Source: an uncultured Nitrospiraceae bacterium
GTDB taxonomy: Bacteria > Nitrospirota > Nitrospiria > Nitrospirales > Nitrospiraceae
NCBI GenBank assembly: GCA_963730935.1
Contig: CAVSTP010000004.1
Coordinates: 32,001 to 96,000 of the forward strand
Length of the DNA: 64,000 bases
Reading direction: 5' to 3'
Position numbers and translations under genes: made by a program
Part shown: positions 1 to 9,087 of the stretch, in pieces
Layout of the letters: each line of letters begins with the position of its first letter
Position numbering within the stretch: position 1 is the first letter of the stretch
Notes under the pieces: generated by a model
What the model was told of the DNA's origin: nothing
Databases searched by the model: none
What the model saw: the letters and a program-made list of their open reading frames with translations, nothing else

Positions 1-336
1 TCAAACACCCATGTGATTTGGCATGAAATCCTCGGAGGACAACATTCTGAGGCTTGGTAGCGAGCAGAGAGTCCTGGATGACATTGATCTCTTGAGCTAG
101 CTGAGGAAACACTCTTTCTTCTTCAGACTGTGACGTGTCGCGTGCCAAAGACGCTTGGCTGTTACAGGATAACAATGGCAATGACGAAGCAATCAAATGC
201 AGAGCCATTTTCGTCTTTGCACTGTAGGATGAGATTCTCATTTACAAACCATTGATAAGTAAGCAGGCATTAACACACTTTGATCGGAATTGAATAACAG
301 AGAGGATTCATTTCAGAGCTCTTGAGAAGCTATCCC

Positions 337-3300
337 TTATGACTGACAATCTGAGGAATCTACCGCGAAGCTCTGGGTCAAGAATCCAGGCGGCGCGATC
401 TTCCGGAGTGAGAGCACTGGAATTTCTTCCGCCACCTCACTCGACGTTCTGTTAAGGCTCGCCTCATTGACTGTGCCGTCGTCAGATTCAGACATGCTCA
501 AGGCCAATGGAGTCGAAACCCAGCCGCCTGGTTCTGCGGGTAAGGCGTCTCGTCCAGCCACTGTAAAGCTGCTGATATTGCCACCGGCTAATGCTGCGCA
601 CCGTTGGCCCAAAAGTGTGGTTGCTAATAGCGGCTTCTGCCCGAGAGGGACGATCTTGCCGCTCGCTGGGGAAATGGGCGATTGGATCACGATGTTGCCT
701 TGCTGTCCAAATTGCGACGAGGCCGAGATGATACTGGTCGAATCTTGTAATAACAGATTCGTCGTGATCGAGATGTTACCGCCGGCTCCCTGTACTGCCC
801 GGGTGATGATCTGGCTGTTCTGTAAAACGACGGCATTGGGGTCAATCGTAATGTTTCCGCCGCCGCCAGCACCGCCAATAACAGAGGTGCTCACTGTGCT
901 GTTGCCTAACTGAACCATATCCACAGCACGGATCTCGATATTCCCTCCGTGGGCTTTAGCAGCTTCGCTCGTTATCGAACTGTCTTGCATACTTAGCTGT
1001 GGACCGGCATCGACGAAGATGTTGCCGGCATTGCCGGGTCCTGTGCTGCTGGCTGAGACGATGGCTCCATTCGTCAACGTGACAGTTTGGCCGGCTGTGA
1101 TATTGATGTTGCCGCCGTTCGCTTGCGACGCCGTGCTGCTCACCGTACCAGCGTTGCTGCTAAAAGTATTTCCAGCATTAATGTTGACCGAACCACCGAC
1201 TCCGGCACCGGTGGTTGCTGCCGTGATCAGGCCGCCGCTGTTGACTTGAACTTCATTTGCATCAACTGTGATCGTGCCGCCAGTGGCTGATGGCGCAATG
1301 CCGGAGGTGGCAGCTGAAAGCGTCCCGCCGTTCTGAAGCGTAAGAGTGTTGGCTAAAATGTTTATATTTCCGCCCGCGCCGGTGCCTACCGTGCTGGTGA
1401 AAACACCGCTGTCTTTGCCATCGATCAGGACTGATTGAGCTGGGCTTGATAGGCCTTGGATAGTCACGGATCCTGCAGGACCTTCAGGCGGGGGCCCGCC
1501 AGGTAATCCAGTGTTAACATCAATTCCTTGTCTGCTACTGCTTGAGATTCTTCCTCCGTTAATCAGCTGAAGAGAGTCTGCGGCTATGCTCAGCGGTCCA
1601 GCAGCGCCCGTGCTTACTGTGTCGGTTGAAATAGAACTGCCATCAGTGACGAGAATGTCATGGGCTCTGACGTTCAGACCTGCAGAGGAAGCCGCTCCAA
1701 CCGATGATGCGTGGATAATAGAGACTGGACCAAGAGAGCCGCCACCGAGATTGAGGCTCCCTGCGAGGGTCACTGTACGTCCCCGGCTGGCAGCGTGCTA
1801 AGGTTGATCACCTCGATGTTACCGCCATTCATCTGAAGGTTGTTTGCATTAATCCGAACCTCTCCACTGCCTCCCGCTCGCGGAACTCGCAGGCCTGCCG
1901 CATTCAGAGGTGGCTGCAGGTACGTGAAAAATCCAGAGTCCGCAATAATAATATTCCCGGCTGGAGCACTTGCGCTGATCGTGCCGACCGTGCCAGGGCT
2001 CTCAACTATTTGAGAAGTAACCTGCGTTTGATTGGTAAGAGCGATATTCCCATGTGCACTGGTCAGTTCAATGTTCCCAGCATCTCCGGCGGGGCGTACA
2101 ACGGTTCCTCCTTCTCCCATAGTGAATTGTGCAGCGGACTGGATAATTGCAACTTCAGTCTCAATATTCTGATTTGCGGCTATCTTGATATTACTCGCGT
2201 TGCCAGCACCATTTGTCAAAGATTGTATTTGCACAGCATCTTTCACCAAAATGGAATTACCTTCCAATGTGATATTGCCGCTGTTGCCACCCGTGCTACC
2301 TGGCGCAACATTAGTCTGGATGTTAGTTATCACGAAATTCCCTGTCTCAAAGTCCGCTACACCCCGAACTTCTAGATGATCAGCCTTGACGTGGACACCG
2401 CCGTATTGAACTCCGGGAGTGGCATTTCCAACCACGGAGGCATCGATCAGCGCGCCGTTCTGGATCACCGCATTCTGGCTCATTTGAATGTCGATGCCGG
2501 ATCCAATCGTTTCTGCTCCATTGATGACAGGACCGGGACCGGTGACGTTGGTCGAGATCGCGGAGTTGTCGATTAGCAACTGGCTGCCTCGAATGAGCAC
2601 TGTCCCTCCACCGTTGCCGCTGGCATCGACGACCGATTGTTCGGAAATCTGAACGGCCCCGAGATTACCGAACGATTGGCCGTTGATATTCGGCGCCTGA
2701 TTCAAGGTCCCTGCCAAAATTTCTCCTGGTGACGCAACGCTCGCCAGATTGATCTGGCCGCCCGATGCCGAAAGTTTCGCCGATTGAGGGGTGCCACCGT
2801 CTGGCGTGCCGGACTGAATTGTGATGTTCCCGCCAACAAGCGAGATGCTCTGTCCTGGTGTAACGGACAATTGGCTTCCTTGAACGGTGATGGCTCCAGG
2901 ATTTGATCCTAAAAAGCCATATGCGGCGACGGGGGCGGTGCTTAGGAGGCATCTGTCGCTTGATTAGGTATGGCATTGAACGATTTTCCGTCTGCCAATC
3001 GCAAATAATCTGCACTGCTGAAGGAAACCATCCCTCCGACATTTACCGTGGCGTTTGGCCCGAACAAGAATCCGGCAGGATTCATCAGGAAGAGGTTTGC
3101 GGTCCCGAAGCCTGTTGTTTGAATGATGCCAAAGATGTTCGAGATATTGCCTCCGGTGATGCGCCCAAGGATGTTTGACGTGGGCAGGCCGGAGTTATTA
3201 AGAAAGTTTGCGACATTGTTGTTTTGAACATTGAAGTCACCGAAGCTGTGAAAAAGATTGGTCCCGCCGCCCGGTCGCGTCCCGCCAGTAATGTTGTATT

Positions 3301-3480
3301 GCGTCTGTCCGCTCGGAAGTGTGACCGGTGACTGACCTGTGTGTTCAATCCAGAGGGAGTGATCGGAGCGGCGGCCAACGCCTGTTGGCTTCTCGGCGGA
3401 GAATAAACGCTCACCCAGACAAGTTGAGTGATCAGAGAGAGGAGCAGAGTCGGAATGTAAAAGAAAATTGTCCGCCTCAT
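337..3480 (-). pseudogene. Filamentous haemagglutinin-family (TpsA-like) exoprotein, split by 3 frameshifts (~3335, ~2948, ~1775); pseudogene or sequencing error
   Basis: RBS AAGGAGG and signal peptide (ORF 3085..3480); haemagglutination-activity domain motifs NLFHSF, NILGRITG, NLFLMNPAG (ORF 2942..3487); G/N/S/T-rich beta-helix repeats (ORFs 1770..2870 and 337..1773); C-terminal C..SSFTVAGRDALP motif. Confidence 0.85.
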
Positions 3481-3600
3481 AATTCATCCTCCTTACACCC
3501 TAAAGAAGAAAACTCTCTCCTGACCCAAGATTTTGTCGAGCCACATACCGAATCGTACATGGCTCGACAGAACTAGGTGATGGCCTACCTCTCTATTCGT

Positions 3601-4054
3601 TTAAGGCGTCTGCCTAGCGAGGACTTCAATTTTGTTATCCTCGCTGGCACCGTAGCTAAGAAATTCTGCTTCGAATTTCAGTTGATCTTCGGGCTTTTGG
3701 AAGAACTTTAACTCATAGCTGTCTTTGTTACATTGTCCTGAAATTGAACGATCGATCAGTCGATCGATGCTATATGACCTAGGGGCAAGGGAAGGTGAAG
3801 AGGCATAAAATCCTGTGATCTCTAGCCGCTCACTGTCGATGAAAGCCTTGACCTGCAGAGTTAGGTAATCATCGGGATGATGGGGGGGACACTGGTACCA
3901 GGCGCAACCATTCTGGCCGGGACAAGAACAGCCCCACATTGTTTTGCAGGTAGCACACCCGCAGCACGTTGCATATGCCCTTTCCGGTAGGAAGACAGGC
4001 GCGCTTAGCAGTAGTAAGAACATGATTACGGGAACGAGTCTAAGAAGCGCGCAT
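3601..4054 (-). CDS. Secreted Cys-rich hypothetical protein; the RBS-linked ATG at 4054 is out of frame with ORF 3601..4023 by a small indel
   Basis: AAGGAGG upstream of ATG 4054; hydrophobic signal ending AYA; mature N-terminus TCCGCATCKTMWGCSCPGQNGCAWYQC. Confidence 0.65.
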
Positions 4055-4090
4055 TGCGTTACCCTCCTTGGCAGGCAAACAGGTTAAGTG

Positions 4091-4454
4091 CTACTTCAGA
4101 GCTTCAAGGGAAAACATACAGTTCAAGATACGGTCAGAGTGCTCGCTACCAATGAACAAGTAAGGCTCTCCAGCCATGGGATTTATTTGCTGTGCCGCAG
4201 CTTTAGCGGCGTTAACGAAAAAGCTATATGGCTTCTTATGATCCATGTCGGCCCCTCCCACATTCTCCGGAATGGTGCCAGTCACGAGGATTTTCGTGTC
4301 GTCAATGGGCTTAACGTCGGTAACCTTTATGCCATACCAGCATGGCGTATGGTTCTCAAACTTAGGCTCGTGTGGTGCTGGGCAAATTGTGCCGCCGCAC
4401 GCTGCCAACAGAGCTAAGAAACAGACCAGTCCAAGAACATCTCAACACAACCAT
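4091..4454 (-). CDS. Hypothetical lipoprotein; indel near 4440 separates the ATG from the body
   Basis: AAGGAGGTG upstream of ATG 4454; VLGLVCFLALLAAC lipobox in frame with ORF 4091..4408. Confidence 0.6.
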
Positions 4455-4507
4455 ACTTTCACCTCCTTCGTTTGGGAGTTTGTAGCGCGCTCTTTTCAAT
4501 CCACACT

Positions 4508-6569
4508 TCAAGTGGATGCTTGCCTTGCATCCGTTAAAATCACCTCGCTTGCCTTCTCCGCGATCATGTATGTCGGCGTCACGATGAAAAATCCTGGGAT
4601 GTAGGGAAATATCGACGCATCGACCACGCGCAGGTTCGTCGTGCCGCGAACTTTGAAATTGTTATCCAGCACGGCCGTGGCATCGTCTGTTGCGCCGAGC
4701 TTGCATGAACACGATGCATGGTGTCCCCAGGCTTCGTTCATGATCCACTCGCGTAACGCCGGCATCCGTGACTTGAGGTCCCGGCCAGATCTCTTCCGCG
4801 TCACCGGCATCCAAACGGTTCATGATCTTCCGAATGAATGCGACTGCCTCGACCATGGCATCGAGGTCTTCTTGGCCTTTATTCGCATCGTTGCCTTCTT
4901 CGAAATATTTGAAATTAATCTGCGGCGTATCGCGTGGGTCGTTCGAGCGAAGCGTCACTTCGCCGCCGCTAGTTGCGGGTGTGCGCCTTTAAGACGAGCC
5001 AGGTGAAATGGTCCTTGATCGTGATGCTCTTCGTGTAGCCTTGTTCATAGCCTCGGAAGTCAGACGGGAGGCCGAAGATGAACAGGTCCGGGCTCTCATT
5101 GGCATTCTTGGCGATGGATGAGCGCTTCAGAATGGCGATGATCACGCCGTTGCTGGAGTACAAGAAGCCCTTGCCATCTCTCCGTTCATCCGGCGTCGCT
5201 TCCTTCCACTCCTTATAGACCGGATCTCTCTGCTCATCGGCTTCGAACTTTGCGTTGGCGAGCGTCGAGAGATTCTGCTTGAGCTTGTAGACAATTCCGA
5301 CTTCATACCGGTCCTGCAAGTTCTTGCCGACGCCGGGCAAGTCGATGTTGACCGGAATGCCGTGCCGTTGGAGTTCTTCCTTCGGACCGATTCCAGACAG
5401 CATCAAGAGTTGAGGCGTATTGAATGCCCCTCCCGAGATGATGACTTCTCTCTTGGCTCGAAAAGTTTTCTGTGATGCTGAGGCATCCACAGCCTTCGGG
5501 TCCGCTCGATAGAGATGGGCGCCTTCACGGCATTCCACGCCGACGGCTTGCAACTGCTCGCTATTTGCAGCCGCTTCTTTTTGCAACAAGACTTTCGTGA
5601 CCAAGACGTTCGTTTTGACGATTAACTGGTTAGGACAGACCTGTTGGACTGTTCGGATACGATCCCGCACGCTTGCCCGCTTGCCGCCATTGGTAGCGAC
5701 TGGTGTGAGATACAAACCTTCCGGACGGTGTTTCACGGAATCCATGTGATTGATGTCTTCTTTCAACGCGGCACTGACGAGCTTGGGAATGGCGCGGCGA
5801 ATAAAGGCTTCGGTGGGGGAGCCCGGGAGATCTTCCAGAGTGGTGAGCGCGACAGCAGCGAGGATTCGTTGGAGTTGCGGATCTCTTGCGATAAATTCCT
5901 TCAGCGTTTTGTCCTTGGGCCGTTCGGTGGTGAGCCATCCGTTGAACCCGTGCTCGCCTCCCGACAAAAGGTCCCATGCTCTGGAGGCGTATTGGCATCG
6001 CTCGACCCGTTGAAAATACTTGCGCATCTTTTCTGCCGACCACGAATTGTCCCCGGTGAGTTGGGCGATGCGGTCCCAATCGCTTTCATGCCCGTAGACG
6101 GTGATCATGGCATTGTGCGCCGTGCAGCCTCCCAACGTGCCGGCTCTCGGATACCAGATGCACTCCATCCTTGTTTCGCTTCGTATCCTTACTTTGACGA
6201 CCGTCGTTTGCGTAATGCCGGACGAAATAGTTCCATTGCAGGTCTGGGTCTTCTGTAGAGAGCGGATGGAAGGCGGGAACCGAGTAATGGGCATTTTCAG
6301 TCTCGCCACCGGCTTCAAGGAGAAGTACCTTGTAGCCAGCGAGCGCCAAATTTGCGGCGACAGGCCCGCCTCCGGCGCCAGACCCCACGACGATATAATC
6401 AAACTCCGTATCCGGTAGAGATCCCGCTGCGGCACAATGACTGGCGTCGGGGAGTTTCGACGAAGGAACTCAGCAGCGAACAGCCGCCAAGCGATACGAC
6501 TATTCCCGTGGCGGCGGCTACCTTAAGAAAGCTTCGTCGGCTCAGTGGTGTCATCGGATCATCCATCAT
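4508..6569 (-). pseudogene. GMC-family FAD oxidoreductase with Tat/lipoprotein signal, split by 4 frameshifts (~6465, ~6163, ~4971, ~4761)
   Basis: SRRSFLK twin-arginine motif and LGGC; FDYIVVGSGAGGG FAD-binding motif; YPRAGTLGGCTAHNAM; GAFNTPQLLMLSGIG; LPGVGKNLQD; WGHHASCSC; LRVVDASIFP. Confidence 0.9.
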
Positions 6570-6581
6570 GATTGATGTCGC

Positions 6582-9074
6582 CTAGAACGTTTTCAAAAAC
6601 TCAATCAGCGCGCGCTTGTCGTCGTCGCTGAGGCCTGGCTCGTTCTCTGCCTTGTTCAAGGAACTCGTCCCGAAGTAGTGGCCTCGATTGACGACGAAAT
6701 CATTGCACTTGCTCAATTCGAGCAGTTCGTCGGCAAGCCCTTTTTCGAGAAAGACCTGTTTTGCCTGCTCATCGGTGGCATTGTCAGGAAGCGCTTTCAG
6801 CGCCTTCTTGATCTTGATGAGCAGCTTCACGAGTTTCTTTCTATGTGTGAACCGCTCAATGAAATTGGCGTCGTCGGGCATCATGTTTAAATTGGCTAAG
6901 AGATTCACCGGGGTGTTTTTGGGAATCGGGCCGATTTCAACGCCGGTCTCTTTGAAGAGGGGCGGAAGCGCAGTGACATCGGGAAGAACGTGTTCTTCCA
7001 GTTCGATGACGTCTTGGAGAAACTCGGGAAGAAATCCTTTTGGCACTCGCAGATAGCTCGTTGTCGTCGTGCGATCGATGAGTCCTGGCACCTTGTCGCC
7101 CAGGACGCGATCTTTGTCCCGCTTCTCCGGCCACAGCATCTGCTCGATCGAGTTTTGGAACGAGCGCATGCGGGCATCCACGCTTGGACTCGGATCGAAT
7201 TTGCCGACGCTGTTGTTGAGCAAATAGGGTGCGGTCGACCACAAACTGACAAGAGAGGGTACACGCGTATACCCCACGCCCCCCGCCGGCATTTTGTATG
7301 GACGCTCTTCACCGGTGATCGGGTGATGCACTGTGATGGTCCCAACCGACGGCAGGTCCTTATAGGAACGTGAAGAGAAATTGTCCCAGATGTTGTCTTC
7401 AATGGCGTTCGTGGCAAGGGTGCTGCAGGCATTGGTTTCAAGCAAGGTGACCGGGATCCGGGCATCGTTTGACAAATAATTGTTGTCGAGAAAATCGTCG
7501 GCCAAGACAATCTTCTTCATTTCCCGCTTGAACTCATCGGTTTTTGTCCACTGCCAATACTTGTTCCAACAGTCCAAATAGCCTTTTCCAGCGCAGCCAT
7601 GAGGATCGAGGCCCTGCACAGAGGATGGAAGCTTGCTCGAATGGCAGCGCGCACAGCGTTCCGCGAAGACTTCCTTGCCTCGCAAGAGTTGCGACGCAGG
7701 AGCGTTGGAATATTTGTCGCTACCCGGAGCATCTTTGAGTTTGTGTGGGCCCGTGGTCTTGAGGAAGAACAGCGCCATGTTGGGCGTTTGCGCTTCGGTC
7801 GCTTCCCAGTAACTGGAATTCTTCCGTGCGTCTTTAATCTTGATTGGCGTGATTTGGTCACCGCCGATCAACGGCTTGAAGTGCAGCAGCCATTCCTCAC
7901 TGAACAGGCCGATATTGAGGAAGACGCGATTCAGCGCTCCCAAGGCGCCCACTGAATCGGATCCGTCCTTCAGCACATGAGGGGTCCAGACGGTGTCGGG
8001 AGCCTGGAAGAACTTCGTGAGCGGTCCATCCGAGACGTAGTTATTCAACTGCTTATTGTCCAAGCCGCCGCCGGCCAGCTTTTCCTGGCCCCAGCGCTTG
8101 GCCTGTTCGAGGCGCGCCCCAAGATGATAGACAGCGTTCATCGTCCGTGGATTGTTGATGCTGTCTGTTGAGACCAACGAGGTGTCGAGGGCGCCTGGGC
8201 GAGATGTATGAAAGAGTTGATAGGGGAAGCTGTTCTGATCTGCCTCCCATGAGAAGATGCGATCGATCCAAAAATACTGGGCGCCGACGTTCGAGCTGAG
8301 ATGCTTCCATCCCGGATGCTCTGGATCTTCCGGGGGTTTCGTTGGAACCGGCCCTACGTGACAGAAGCCACATGACATCCCAACGCGGTAGGGTTTCACC
8401 AAGTCTTTTGAAAGGTAATAGCCTGGGTCTTCGTAGTACCGCTTGGGATCCCATTTTTCAGCGGCCTCTTTGCCAAAGTCAGGGTTCGGAAAGAGGCGCA
8501 ACCCAACAATGCCCGTTGCATAGCCATAGAAAGAACCGACAGGAACAGTGTTGCCTCGGGCGCCGGTCTTGACGCCGGGGTATTTTGTCTCGTTTTCGAA
8601 GGGATCCGGCGGGCAATCAGGGCTGGAAATGCGCTTGTCCAACCAAAGTCCGAAACGGTTGGGGTCGGGGCCGGATGCTTTTTCAAAACATGGTTCATTG
8701 ACCAGGCCCAGATAATACCAACGATTGTCGCGGCTGAATTTCAGACTCGGGTGCGATGACAGCGTTTTCAGAAAATCGAGCGTCCCGTAGCTAATCGTCG
8801 AAAGATCATCCCAGAACTTGTCGTTCCCACCTGTCCAGACAATCCAGGTATTGCGCCCTTTGACTTCTTCGGGAGACAGCTTGGCGCCACCATCCATTTC
8901 GGCAAAGTAATCCTCATCGGCCGCAGGGAAGGATGCGGCGGTGCGTTTTGTCAGATGGGCCTCGTCTTCGACTTCGCCAGGAGTGCCGGATTGTCTTGTC
9001 GACAAACAGCTGAGCAGCACGGCGACGGAAACGAATGCGACAGCCGCGAATTTGAAAGAGAAGGTGTTGAACAT
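6582..9074 (-). CDS. Large exported di-heme c-type cytochrome (RoxA/CcpA/MauG superfamily-like), probable lipoprotein
   Basis: Two CxxCH motifs (CGFCH, CARCH); PSLVSLWSTAPYLLNNSV; C-terminal ALIEFLKTF; signal ending LLSC; start placed at ATG 9074 after AGAGGGG. Confidence 0.8.
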   Translation of the reverse strand: MFNTFSFKFAAVAFVSVAVLLSCLSTRQSGTPGEVEDEAHLTKRTAASFPAADEDYFAEMDGGAKLSPEEVKGRNTWIVWTGGNDKFWDDLSTISYGTLDFLKTLSSHPSLKFSRDNRWYYLGLVNEPCFEKASGPDPNRFGLWLDKRISSPDCPPDPFENETKYPGVKTGARGNTVPVGSFYGYATGIVGLRLFPNPDFGKEAAEKWDPKRYYEDPGYYLSKDLVKPYRVGMSCGFCHVGPVPTKPPEDPEHPGWKHLSSNVGAQYFWIDRIFSWEADQNSFPYQLFHTSRPGALDTSLVSTDSINNPRTMNAVYHLGARLEQAKRWGQEKLAGGGLDNKQLNNYVSDGPLTKFFQAPDTVWTPHVLKDGSDSVGALGALNRVFLNIGLFSEEWLLHFKPLIGGDQITPIKIKDARKNSSYWEATEAQTPNMALFFLKTTGPHKLKDAPGSDKYSNAPASQLLRGKEVFAERCARCHSSKLPSSVQGLDPHGCAGKGYLDCWNKYWQWTKTDEFKREMKKIVLADDFLDNNYLSNDARIPVTLLETNACSTLATNAIEDNIWDNFSSRSYKDLPSVGTITVHHPITGEERPYKMPAGGVGYTRVPSLVSLWSTAPYLLNNSVGKFDPSPSVDARMRSFQNSIEQMLWPEKRDKDRVLGDKVPGLIDRTTTTSYLRVPKGFLPEFLQDVIELEEHVLPDVTALPPLFKETGVEIGPIPKNTPVNLLANLNMMPDDANFIERFTHRKKLVKLLIKIKKALKALPDNATDEQAKQVFLEKGLADELLELSKCNDFVVNRGHYFGTSSLNKAENEPGLSDDDKRALIEFLKTF

Positions 9075-9087
9075 GTATTGGACCCCT

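Noticed and set aside
1..336. AT-richer stretch downstream of the haemagglutinin-like gene
   Set aside because: No ORF, RNA or repeat that I can support
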